64,000 bases of DNA, from NCBI RefSeq assembly GCF_964204865.1, contig NC_135253.1, forward strand, positions 1,302,001 through 1,366,000, in the 5' to 3' direction. The notes beneath the pieces are model-generated. The model made no database searches. It saw only the letters and a list, made by a program, of their open reading frames with translations, and was not told where the DNA came from. The number at the start of each line of letters is the position of its first letter. Positions within the stretch are counted from its first letter, which is position 1. The stretch is from Styela clava. Taxonomy: Eukaryota. The position numbers and the translations under genes are program-made. Shown here one piece after another: positions 13,701 to 27,200 of this stretch.

Positions 13701-15474
13701 ATACAAACCTATTATAACAAAAGACGACTGTACATGTATATTTTTGCTACTGTTTCTTTTGATATGTGCATCTTTGTTCACCCCCCCCATCATGTTTTTC
13801 ACCCCCCTACTCGCATAATCATGTTCTTTCTAGTGAAAATCGGTTGAAAAGATAAACTCTTTTATTTTATGTAAAGTGACACCGTCTGAAAAGCAACTTG
13901 AATTTGACAGCTGATTCTGTATGAAACATTTAGAGCAATTTTGAGATGTGCAACATCTTTCATGATATTCGACTTAAGTATCGATCTGAAGTGACAGTTA
14001 TAGCCACGACTCTTGTCTCATTCGACTAAACGTTATGACTCGACTGATATCAGACTCAAGTCATATTATTAGAACTCAATTCCAGTTAATTTCATAAAAT
14101 TAATGTACTTCAATTTAATTCGAATCAATAATTCAAAATTTAACTCGTGTTATGGAGGTTCGCTTATTCTAAGTCATGAGTTATACAGCTCGAGGTGCTT
14201 GATTCATGATCTTTCCATTTGTTTGACTGATGAGACAACTGTATATGCTGTAGACAGTAGAGTAACCACTAAAAATCGTATTCTCAATCAAAAATTTAGA
14301 TTCAGGATTTCTTGGAATTCAGCAATATATAAAATAATATGAATCGGACTCGTTCTCTTTGATTAGTAGGTCGGAGATGTTTTATAACTCAAAAATAATC
14401 ACACCCAGTTAATCTCCAAGGTAATCTATGCATTGCGATTATATTGATGACATTATGCACAGTACAACGAATTTTGTACATTTAATCGCCTGGAGAAGTT
14501 CGAAAAATCTTGTAAGCTTAGTATATTCACTTTACTGAGGGCATACGCTATGTATATATTTATCATTCAAAGAAAATTAAATAAAATGTATATTCATCGA
14601 CTATATTGAAATAGTTTCAAAATTGAAAAAATAAAATAAATTAAATATAAAATAAATGTGTTAGCCGACTCAAGACTAGAAACGCTTGGTTTTACCTTCT
14701 TTACTCAGTTCCAATGGTTATGTTTTATTATGTTAGTAGAATTTCTGGGATTTTTTATTGTGTATATTACTGTCAGATGTTTCTGTAAAATGTTTAATCC
14801 CCATGCATTATAAGTGAAAATAATAAAATTATCAACGCCCTGTTTCGTTAAAATGTAGTTAGTCGCTAACTGTAATGAGCTTAAACCTACGTTGAATGAG
14901 ATTCTATAACGCAACTAATGCGTCTGATACGGCTTTTATCTGCCGCTAACGGGCTTATCCGCGATAAAGCGACACGCTTTGCGGTACGGTACCACTGCCG
15001 GAATCCAACTAAAATGGTTTGAAAACGTCTTTTCCTAGATAGAATTTGCAATATATAATAATAGACACGGTCCCAAAAAGAGTTCCATCTACATTGAATA
15101 TTTATCAGTTTAGCGCATGCAACAGAATTAGAAAATTGAAAAACGAATATATATTTCTGTGGATTTTGTGAAATCCGATCACACTGTACAAACTCACAAA
15201 CCACTAATCAGACATCTGATATATATTGAACCCGTGATATATAATTGAATCATCACACCAGAGGTAAGGAACTTGTGAAAATGAATTACAAAGGCTCGTA
15301 GTTAAACTAAATGTAAGTTAAAGAGGACGTGAATATTACAGTGTCCGCATTCTGAGAAGGTTGATTCGAGAAGTTACATGAGGTTAGGTCCAAAAGGTGA
15401 CAAAATTTCCTATCGACTAAATTGAACACTAACTAATCTGAAAATTAACTGCCAACTGCGTCATTGCTCTATTA

Positions 15475-18010
15475 CACTCTAAGAAATGTTCGGTAAATTT
15501 TACCGTCATTTTAGGGGTAGAAAATTAAAAAATGAGGTCGGTAAAATGATTCACCGACAAATGTCGGTAATAATCACCGACATGGGAGGCGTGGCATTAG
15601 TCAATGTTGCGCGCGCACACTGGTTAAGGAGAGCAGCCAATCAGACGCTATATTTCAAACGCGTAATTGATCACGCGCGTTTTTTTTGTTGCTTTACTCC
15701 TTAATTTGTCCGTTTGATTTGACGAATTCCAGACTTTTGGATTTTGATATTTGGTCGGCCGACAGTCATATCTTGGTCGCTTTTGTAATTACTGCAGTAT
15801 TGCGTTGGCAGTATTTCTGTAAGCCATCTTGGATTCAATAATGTCAGTGTAGGTGTTGTGTTGTTTAGTGCTGGGTATTAATGTATTGTTCAGTGGGATT
15901 ATGGCAGTATGGGGCAGTCGGGAAGTAGAGTAAGATCTATCGTTTCAATTACTGAATTAATATATATATATGATAATATGAATACATACTGGCTATAACA
16001 GTACAGCAGTATAAGGTACTGGTATAAGGTTGATTGGACTAGCTTACATCAGTATATCCGCAGATCCATGTTACGCCTGTCGATACTACAGCCAGAGCTT
16101 GATTCGTATTTCCAAATCTGAATTTTTTTGTCAGTAGACTGGCAAATGTTAAAATGCCGAAACGGCAATACAATATCTGAATATGCCCATTTTACAGCTC
16201 TAGACTATGAAATGTTAGCATCTAATTACTGAATCAAGATAAACCTGTAAACCGTCAAAATTATCAACAGCTTTATGATGATCGCAAACTCAGACTACTG
16301 GCAGGCTGGACTACAAGAAACACATGAACAGGCAGACAGGGGAGGGGGTGACGTTGCTCTACACCCAGAAACCGTGACTTGAAGAATGTGGCATTAAAAT
16401 GAACAGGTATCAATTAATTATATAGGCCTACTCATATAATTATATACTGATTCAGTGATTGAAAATCATCTACAGACAGACAGATTTGATTTTGATATTT
16501 TAAGTTATTGATTCTAGGACTAATTCAGAACAGTTTCATTTGAAAAAGAGCAATTTTAGGCAATTCACATTTAACTGTCATAAAAACACTAGATTTTCTT
16601 TCAACTTATGACACTATAAATAGAAAATTAATCAAAACAACATTTATCCACCTTATTCTGCATATTTACCAAAACCAATTCTATAAATTTTGTTTAATTT
16701 CTCTTTTGAATAAGACCGAATTTGAACATATTACATATATTGATGGTGGGGAATGAATACAATCCTTTTTAACAGTGTTTTCTTTTTAGAAACTGAAGAA
16801 TCTGATTATGCAGGCATGAACAAATTGTTTGCCCCAACTCTGAACTATGAAAATGTCAATGTCTAAGGCTTCATAATATTTGAGATTCTTACTAACATGT
16901 TATTTCAAGGAAGAAGAATTTGAGGTTAGTTATAATGTTAATTTTAAATTGTTAAAAGAGAAACTTTGTCATCTGCTCTGACAATAAAGTATTAGGAGTG
17001 TAATTTTTATTATTTAGGGACTTCTGAATAATTTATTCCATTTCAATACTATTTCAGGTAGCCTACCTCTTCCATCTCATCTACAAAGTTTGGTAATACT
17101 GGAAAAGTCTGTATCGATTGATTGCCCACAGATTTTTATCCATGAACTCCAAGAGGAAAAGAAAATATGAAAATTTATAGAAAGGTGGGATATTGTAATG
17201 AATGCTAGTATATGCAATTGAATAATTTCAGATATTTCCAACTTGCAAAAGAATTAGATTGATTGATTGAATACTACAAAATGTTAAATCTTATTCGAAA
17301 ATTAGGTAATATTTTTAAATTTTGGAGTTGTTTGGGTAAAACTCTTTGTACATTCCATTTCAGATAACTTGAAGTTATGGAAAAGAAAATACCATGAGTT
17401 CCTCAAAGCAAAAGGATAATGCAATACAATCAGCATGGGCAACACTAACCCGGAAAGACTCCCCCTCTGCCATAGACTATTCTCTCTTAGAGGCTGTCTA
17501 TAGAGACTTGTTTAAAGTGACTATGTGAACGGATACCCTGCGAGCATAAACTTCTTCAACGAGAAGTTTCTGTTTACCTCGCATTTCTAACTTTTCACTA
17601 TACAATTTCTCATTTTTCCAAGTTTTCAATCATTCATTTCACGTTCACTTTTATTTTTTGAATAAACCTTGTTTCATAGAATAGTCTGTGATTTTTACTG
17701 ATCATGTCCTGTAAAATGTAATGCCAGGAGATTTACGGTACTTTTTACCGGGTTCTGAATGTAAATTCACCGAATTTGTAATGTAAATTCACAGGCTAGC
17801 GTCGGTAAATATTACTACGCATTGCCGGTGAAAATTACTAGAAAATAATTGTAAGGATTACTAGGAAAATCCTGTAAAATTCACAGGTGTTCAACAGCGA
17901 TTTTACCAAAAATTCTTGTGATATTTACCTTAAAATCGCATTAAAATTTCACAACTACATTCCAGTAATATGTAATGCCAGGCGATTGCCGGTAAATATT
18001 TCTTAGAGTG
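15475..18010. mobile_element. Non-autonomous CACTA/EnSpm-like DNA transposon (about 2.5 kb)
   Basis: Termini CACTCTAAGAAAT...ATTTCTTAGAGTG, TA on both flanks, and multiple subterminal GGTAAA(T)TT(A/C)AC-type repeats at both ends. Confidence 0.85.
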
Positions 18011-19669
18011 TACCCAACGGCAAAAATTTCAAATAAATTTAGAATTTTTAAAATATTTATTCTTGAAAATTGTGATTTATTTAATTCAATCTTGTCATCA
18101 TAGTAGGTCAGGAGAATTGTGTAACAAGCATGAGTAGAAACAAAACTTGTTGTAAAAATAAGTAAGGTTTGGAATATTCAGGCATGACTTCACCAGTCTT
18201 ATATTACATATCGCTGTAAATTGGTATAAATAACCTATCGCTGAGTTCGTTACATGACGTGATTTTGCAATCATTTTGGATTGTCGACTTGGCCATGCCC
18301 ATGTACCATGTTTAGATTTGATTTTCAAAAATAAGTTTGGAAATATAAAATGAAGAAAAAAAATAAATAAATATGATAAATTACTAGATAGCAGCAATAA
18401 ATAAATCGCTACTTTGTTTGTTTATGGACAAGGCGGATTACGAGACAAAATCGCCCGACGCGGACGCGAGATTGACAATTTTTAAAAGACTATCAGAGAA
18501 ACATGATTTTTTGGGTTTTCTACAATATTAATTGTGCAGCCGATATATTTTTAAAGACCATGTGTGGCATCTGAATCAGGCAGTTATCATCCACCATTCA
18601 CACTTGAACAATTTATGTTAATGACTTTGATTTTCAGATAAAAATATGTCGGAAAAAAAATCTAGATGACGATGTATGGTCGGCTTTTTCATCTTTTGCC
18701 TTTATTAGATCTCGCAAATTCTGAATTAACTTTCAATATAATGTCAATTTTCGGGGCAGTAAAAATGCATAAATATTAAAGGAAATGATACAAAGCTGGA
18801 AATTGGCGCACAAATATTTGAGGAAAAAAAACAGTGTTTTAAATGGATCGTGGTCATATTTCAGACCATCGATAAAATAATCATCAGGAGCAGAAGATGC
18901 GAATAAATTTAATCAGACTGTAAATCTGTCTGTCTGTAAAATCCGCATGGATACGTCACTTTTTTTATTTAATCGTTTCTAGCATTCCTCATAACGCTGC
19001 TAAGCGGAGGTAAATATGTGTACATGTTTTACACTGCAAGCCCATTTGAAGCACTGCGCTTGTGATACTTTTCAGGTTAGAGTAGATGTGGAATGGGGAC
19101 GTCCGAGTATGATGAAAAGCGAGAGTCATGACTATTCTAAATCTTTTTCCTAATAGGCTCTGAGCTAATTAGAACTGACAAGACATAAACGCCATCTCTA
19201 CCACGTGACTGAACAATCGACGAAACACATCACATCAAATTTTTTCAACAACATTTATATTTATTTATTTTATTCATTATAATTATCGCAATTGTGAGAA
19301 TGAAATAATAATAATAACAACGTAGATGCATGACATATCTTGGTTAGAACATAAAGATGCTTTTAATATCACAAGAAAAAAAGATAAAGAATAAACAAAA
19401 AAGGTAACAATAATTACATTTATTATGATTCCGAACGAACGGCAGAGGCACATGGATTGGAAGCTAAAACTGCACTATTTATTCGAAGTAGGAAATAATG
19501 TGACACTTTTCGACTTTTATGGTAGAACTGCAAGAAATAATAATACACATAAAGCAAAGGCAATATTGGAACGAAACTCGTAAAATAAACAGTCCTTCAA
19601 ATATAGAAGATGAGAAATATTATCATACTACCAGTTATTACAGTTCAAAAAAACTGCTTCGAAATTGAC

Positions 19670-19725
19670 ACGAAATGGTTGAATCAGGGGTTACAGATCC
19701 TGGGTTCGAGTCCCACCCATGGCGA
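19670..19725 (+). mobile_element. tRNA-derived SINE-like fragment
   Basis: Pol III B-box with T-arm GGGTTCGAGTCCC (19702-19714); no complete cloverleaf. Confidence 0.45.
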
Positions 19726-20166
19726 AGGACATATGAAATCAAGTACACATCGTTCCGAAAATATGTTGACTCAGTCAGAACTGGCCTAAATGATCGGAAA
19801 CGCGCACAAAACAGTTGACATAATATCATAATAAAAATACGAAACGATCAAGTTGACTGACTGCTTCTATTAGCGCATGCTTCAAACATAGAACGTCATT
19901 TTGGGCAGTACTGACACATATAATACAACGAAACATAATTTGCATAAAAAGTTAAATATGATCGTTCAATACTAAACGCGTTTACTTTCGTCTTTAAATG
20001 AAATTTACGAAAATTTGAAGAAATTCGAAACAACTGACACTATATCACGAAATCAATGATCAAGTTATAATATACAATTTGTCAATAAAACTGCCGTTTC
20101 TCGAGCAATATCAGAAAATACTGAAATTATATAATGTATACATTCTGATTGAATAAATCATCTCAG

Positions 20167-20362
20167 TAATCAGTCATGTGTTGATATTTATTAAAATGCA
20201 ACAACGGACGTAATTTGGATTTAGCAGACAATTATTCTGAAATCCTAAGAAAATTCAAATTACTTAATCAGTCATGTGTTGATATTTATTAAAATGCAAC
20301 AACGGACGTAATTTGGATTTAGCAGACAATTATTCTGAAATCATAAGAAAATTCAAATTACT
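20167..20362. repeat. Tandem duplication, 2 x 98 bp
   Basis: Units start at 20167 and 20265 and differ at one position. Confidence 0.92.
20285..20290 (-). terminator. Candidate EHBP1 polyadenylation signal AATAAA (second copy at 20187-20192)
   Basis: First canonical AATAAA I found on the minus strand downstream of the stop codon. Confidence 0.4.
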
Positions 20363-20927
20363 TTATCAAATTTTAGTAAACTTAAATATACAAATTATTA
20401 TAGCATGAACCTCGGGGTATGTATGGCAAGGTTAAGCATTGTCAGCAGAGTATATAATCAAACACGGCATCACATAAGCTCTTACTTGTCACGACAATTG
20501 TATATAAAAACGAATAATACAATTTTCATACATCACGGAGCTAAAACTAAAGACCGCTTTTTCTTTCTTTTTTTTCCTTTTGCACTTTTTGTCAACTTTC
20601 AATGGCTCAGTGGCAAAATATTACTGCAAGAGGACTGAGATAGATCGCCGACACCTTGAGTATTATATTTGAGGACTTAATTCATTTATAAAGCAGCAAA
20701 AGGAGAAAATCAGCTAAAATCTCAATTCGACAACGTGTACACTACATAACACTGTTGGGTCGGTCGATATATCTTGAAACAATAAAAAATATGCGACGAG
20801 AGTAAAAAGTTAGTTCTCTAATTGTAACTCACAAAACATTACGTATGCAGATGTAAATGCAGTCAAAGAAAAAAAAATGACGATTTAACATAAAAAAATT
20901 TACGATTTGCTACAGTCCTACAGTATT

Positions 20928-21015
20928 TATCGATTCCATTCGCTTTCTGAATCCTGAGTTGTATTAGACGACGTTCTAGTACAACTCAGGATCCAGACAG
21001 CGAATGGAATCGATA
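20928..21015. repeat. Inverted repeat (41-bp arms, 3 mismatches, 6-nt loop) in the presumed EHBP1 3' UTR
   Basis: tatcgattccattcgctttctgaatcctgagttgtattaga-cgacgt-tctagtacaactcaggatccagacagcgaatggaatcgata. Confidence 0.9.
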
Positions 21016-21112
21016 TGGAGTAACATCATTTTTTGTGCGTAAATCGTACAAACATCACAATTACAAGTTGCTCCCCGATTCAATTCTTTGGTGAACGAAA
21101 CCTTTTTTTCAA

Positions 21113-21206
21113 TCACATGACAGAACATTTTTCTTGATCTTGATCGAATACTTTGGACATATTTTGATCTAGATTAGTCTGTACGTGCATATCTTCGTCT
21201 ACCGCC
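21113..21206 (-). CDS. EHBP1: EHBP1 last coding exon with CaaX box (…QEKCSVM*)
   Basis: ctccag acceptor; TGA at 21115-21113; prenylation motif as in other EHBP1 proteins. Confidence 0.92.
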
Positions 21207-24200
21207 CTGGAGAAAAAAAATTATTTAACATATAATGATATTGATTTTGTCACCTATTTTTCATCAAAAATAATAAATAAAAATTTTCTTTTTACAAAGA
21301 CTTACATTTGTTCGTTCTCATCAATTTGTCTGACCAATCGATCTCTTTCATTGACAAGGCAGACTAATTGATCCAACAATGCTTTTTCTGCTTCTTTTTG
21401 TGCTTCGGTTTTCTGTGATTCTGCAAAAACACAGTATTTAAAAAATATAGATAAACAGAACCCAATTTACCCAATGACTCTGCCAGGAATCAAATTTATT
21501 TATTTATCGTTAGGTGAATGAGCTTTTTAAAACTCCTTCAAGTAATCCCAAAGACACGGGAAATACAAAGAGCATCACATCAATATAAATTTAGTATAGT
21601 ACATTATATTCAGTAATTAAATTTCACTGACATGGCGACACCATTTTTTCTAATTATTCTCACACACATACACGTAATAAACATAACCTCAACTTCCACA
21701 TATAACCAAACTACATAAACACGATGGATTTGCATGTAAATCAAACTCTAGAAAACCGTATAATGATGACCATATAAGGTTATACAGCATCTTGTAATAA
21801 AATGCTAGAGCCTGTTCACGAGCTGAAGACCACATCTGTCTGTTTCCAATTTGTCTATGTTTATGGTGAATCGTCCATAAGCTTATGACACATTTAGCTT
21901 AGTTAGCGAATTTTAAAAATAAGTTCTGAGAATTAATTTGTAAGTGTATGAAATAATTATGATATTGTTATTATTCACTCGAAGACTAATTTGTTTTCCA
22001 TTTTTCAAGCCATTTCTCATGTTATTCGGTTTTTGTTCATTTTTATAGATGAAATTATCCAACTATTTTCGCCATTTTCACAAAATATGAAAAATTAGTA
22101 GGCTATAATATTCTATACTATTTAGTAGGAATAAATTAAAACATGAATCGGATACTACACAGTTCCAAGCTGGTAGCGGAGGCAGTATTAAATTACAATA
22201 CAAAAAACATATTGCCTTCATCGATATCTAATACTGCAGGCCTGCAGCTTGGGCAAAAAGTTCTCTGACATGATAACACCACTTCGAGTCTAACCTTGGT
22301 CAGACGAAACGTTACAGAAATATATTTGTGTTAGTGTGCAGCAAGACTCCTTAATCACTTAGGATTCCTATATTGGTTATTTGTTTTTCGATTCACATCA
22401 GCGACATGCATAGCAGGACTTGTGTAAAGATCATCAACTCAAACTCAAATTTTATACCAAACTTGAATAGTTATTTTTCAATCGTTATGCAATATAGCTA
22501 AATTTGTTTAAAATGATGAAATGCAAAGCCTGGAAAACTGTCTGCCGTCCGGGCGAATTTAAACGAGAGATCGTTATCGATTTTCAATTCGTTGGAATTG
22601 TTCGTTGGAATGAATTTGCTGCATATAATATGTAAGCAATAGGGAGAAATCTAAATGAGGAAATTCCCAGAAACGACGCTCAAGAAAAGCACAAATGCGT
22701 TAGTCGTAAATAAATAGTGAACTTTGCAATTTAACTAACGTAGAAAAACTTCAACTAAACTTAAATGTAATCTGCGGAGAAAGTCGCCTGACTTAATCCC
22801 ATTAATGATCATTTAGCGGCAAATAGAAAACCGTTTGCTTAAAATAAATTGGAATTTAGAATTTCTGTTCATTGAAAAGTGAAAAAAGTGTGATACCGCC
22901 TGTTCTATGGCGCACAATTCAGATCGGTAATAGGCTTATCCCGGATCGCTGTGCTTTTTAACCACTGTGGATGGAAGAGTGCGATCGGGACTGTGCGTAA
23001 TTACGTTAAATAGGGATTAAGGGGTGGCAGGGTGAAGGGCGTAAATATTTCAGCAGATGTATATTACTTTATCACAATTTTTTAAAGACTTGAAAGAAAT
23101 GACACACATATGTTTAGTCCAAGTTTGTTAGGTGGAAAAGGCGCCGCACACATGTGCCGTTTACATACGTTTTAAACTTCGTCAAAGGCGATCCAATGAA
23201 ACTAGGACAAACCAAGCCTTGTTGTTTAACCCAATGTAAGTTGGAGATGAGCCCATTTTTGTCGGATAATCCCAGAACTATAGTCTGATACTGACAACTT
23301 TTGGTAGGAAATCTCGTTTATGTCATTAAATTTTTGATATCGCATTAGTACTATAAGCCCCAATTTCGGCGGCCCGCAATTCATCCCACTTCCGATATAC
23401 ATTTAAAATTTTGTTTTAGGGATGCGTGAACAGAGCTGGTAAAAATGCAACAAGGATAACGATACGATATAAAATTACCCACGTTCATCTACAATCTACA
23501 TAGATTCTAATATATTGATGGACTTCCGTGAATTTGTGTAATGACGTGTTTTACTTTTTTGAATTTAACAGACAGATTGATCATCTGAGCGAACAAAAAT
23601 AAAGGCGGATCACGCTCCAAATCGACAGAATCTTTCTTCTTAGATTCGCAACAGGATTAAAATTCCCCAAGAGTGTCCCGTCGGTTGCGGAACGGACGAG
23701 TTCGAGTCGGTCCAGCAGGCGCAAAGCGAGCGAGTCTAAGCTTATTACAGCATCGTATTTTGCCCAAAAACTCTTTCCCTGGCCGTAGATGGAATGCGCA
23801 TTTAATAGGCAGTTTATCGACGGCCAAAGATAGGCTTATGATATTTCCAACGTAAGTTCCCGATGAAACATTGTGCATTACTTAGAAAGTGGACAAAAAT
23901 ACAGCACTCCAGTTCCAAACATCCCAGAGGGAGAAAGCAAAAACAGATGCATAACAAAAATTTTCAGTTTCGAGATACATGAAGAAATTTTCAGCAGTGA
24001 CGAATATACAATTTACTATATAACAAGAAATATTATTGTCCTATTTAAACTTATTAGGAAGTTAGCGAAACCCGTGTCCCTGGAAAATAGTAAATCATCC
24101 GATTCACAGCTATTTTTACGTAAATCTATCCGATATAGCAAAGTACAAAAACAGAATATTTAAACAGGCCAATGCCACATTCATTAAAGTTTAATGTATG

Positions 24201-27200
24201 TGGTTTTCAAACGTATTCTACTTCAAAATATATCCCGTACCTTCGATAGCCATATACGGTCGTAATTGTTCATTAATTTCGTTCATTTGCGATCCGAGAT
24301 CATGCTCTTGTTCCCTTGAAAAATAGAAAAGAGAGTCAATATTCTATCGAATGTCGAATGTAAAATACTTAACAATGATTAAATGCGCCAGAAAAAATCG
24401 TACAATCAACATATATTAAAATAGTGAAAGTGACTTACAATAAAACAAGTTGGTCTTGTTCTCGAACAATCGCATTCTTCTTCTGTATAAGTTGAAACCA
24501 TTCTTGCATCAATATTTCTTCTTTATCCTGGTTCTTGTTTCGACCTGGAAAATATGACATTGACAAGTAAGTGTTAGTCCTACAAATTAATGCAAGGGCC
24601 ACGCCCTCCCTACACCCACTTTCAATGTATTAAATAAATACGTGTTGCGTCATGTAATAAAACAACTAAATTTCTTTTGTATCAACTACACCAATATCTT
24701 ACAAAGTGGTCGACAGTACATGAGTGAATCCAAATATAACATGAAGCCTATAAGTGTATAAGCAACGAATGAGAAGTGGAATTACAGAAGACATGTTGGC
24801 TACGGTTGTGTACCGTCCAGCAGGCCACACACAAGCAAATCAAAGTTTGTATTCACAAGCGAAGAGATATAATTGGCTAAAGATTCTTATCCGGGTCCGT
24901 AAGCCGGACGTCAGGTATTTTAGCTTCATAAAACTACGACTTTGTTGCACATGTTTCAAGCCACTGCCGTCCGTCTTCGTCCTACATTAGTATTTTGAAA
25001 ATTCCAAAATTGTTGACAGTTCTATTTGATTTCATTTTTGATAAATCGAACTAACAATACGCATCTTGACCACACATCCACAAAAATTTTTCTTTGACAA
25101 TGTTTCCTAATTTTATGGACGATTAAAACTGCCAATCATGAACTAACTATCAGACTTTGTTTTTGTTAATTTCTTTACATCGGCGTTTTATTTTCGCCGC
25201 GTATCACGAAGACAACATGCTAGTAATTTGGAACCATATTATAGTTTAAATTAATAGGGCATTAGAAACTAGAAATCCAACAACACCAAAAAAGTTTGCG
25301 TTTGATATAATGCTGGCCATCAGTCCTCGATAAAATGTGCGTCACGGAGACCAAACAAAATAAAGAATTTAAATTCCAATCGGAAATTTTGTCTTGTCAA
25401 CATGAAGGTAAAATACCCCATAAGGATGTAGATTTATCTCAATAATGTTGGTATCTCGACAGCTCGAGTAGGTTTGGAGAACACTCATAGTGGACACTGT
25501 CGTCACCCAACACGAGTCTTCAGTCGAACAATTCACACGGACGGCGATTGACGATGATGGAGTAATGGCGTCTCCAGGATTAGTGTTCCCAATGCAAAAG
25601 GAACACCAACATAGGAAAAATCAAGAAATACTTCACATAACATCTCAATATTCTTGATTGGTGAATATAATTGGGGAAACCCAATGCGAATAGCTGCGAA
25701 TGGATAGTATGGCGCGGGGAAATGCATATAAAAGTATTATATTATCAGAATATCAGACCAGCAATGAATAGTTGACCTGACACTCAAAAAAATGTCAAAT
25801 TCTTATACTCAGAAAAACAATCACATAACACATTGAAATATATAGAAATGAAAATTATGGCGTTCGGTTTGATACATGTTAGATGCGAACATTGAAAAAA
25901 GAAATCAGGATGGAGATATCGCAGACAGAATATGAAAACCAAGCCTCAACAACTATGTTCCTATCGGAAATACATTACATGGTATTTGTTTATTTACAAG
26001 CGCCTGTTAAGAGGACAGGGCGACAAGTCGATGATTGCCTGTGTATACGTCCAACGTTTAACAAAGTTGTTTAATTTGAAAGAAGCCGCTACATCGACAA
26101 AATGGATGGACGAACGACTCGGGAAAGCGCACTCGGTCTCTGCAAAGTGGCGTGGGAAAAGAAAACACACGGACGCGTCCCGGAGGGGTAGGAGGGGGGA
26201 TAAGTGGCGTCCCGATCTGAATAAGTCAATGATGAAGGTAAAATCACATTGTGATCGCATCACACCAGACTCCACAAGAACCAATGAAAAATAGGGTTTC
26301 ACACATATCGATCTAACTTTGGTCCGTGTAGTATCTCATAAAAGAATAAGTATGATTGCGGACATGACCGCAAATTTGGAATTAAATCCAGACATTCTGA
26401 TTAAAATAAACTGCGTAGGCGAAGTTTATGTTGATGTCGCAAACAAATCTGATTGTTTTATTACGCCCAGCCAATGAAATAACATGAAAATCATAATCTC
26501 GAGTCGAAATCTCGAATCTGAAATAACTGAGCATTGCGTAAAATTAATTCGTTATCGTGTCTTAAACGAACCGAGGATGGACCAGTGATGAATCATAACA
26601 TGGCGGGCGAGTGCCCACGACAAAACCAGTGCATTTAAATTAAGTATTAACTAAAATAATTTGAAGTAATCTTCAACAAACACTAAGAAGATAAGGAAAT
26701 TCGTTTCCTAATACCGGCGTCAATTGATTGATATATAAACGATCTACTAAAGAGTTTCTGCTCTCTGGCTTCCGATCGCGTGATTTACGTCAGAACGTGG
26801 GAAAATCATGATAAATGACCCTACAAAAGGAAAAGTGTTGGCTTATCTTCAGAAAGAACCTGTTCACCACGTTTAGTGCCCTATTGAGCACACAGACGCT
26901 TTTATAATGAAAGAGTAAATTTGCTGAGGACATTCAAGGACTAGGCCGATTTTGCAGCATCGCCCTTGACAGTAAATTATAAAATTACATTCAAGCTCGG
27001 CATTGCCCATCTCAGCAACCCATATCCAAAACATTACGGGCGGCAACTAGTACATTGTGGTAAAACTGTGTAAAAGAGGGTCATTTCCGATTATAGACGT
27101 GACCAAGGCGTTGAATCAAAATTTTGTGGCCATCTTAACAACTTTATTAGGCATAAAACACAAAACATTTATGACTTATAACAAATTGGTATAGGTGATA

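Noticed and set aside
19670-19725. Possible tRNA gene
   Set aside because: Only the T-arm/B-box is recognisable, with no acceptor, D or anticodon stems; recorded as a SINE-like fragment
25390-26250. Two similar plus-strand 'ATGAAG|gtaaaat' motifs resembling first coding exons
   Set aside because: No downstream exons with coherent coding signal could be linked
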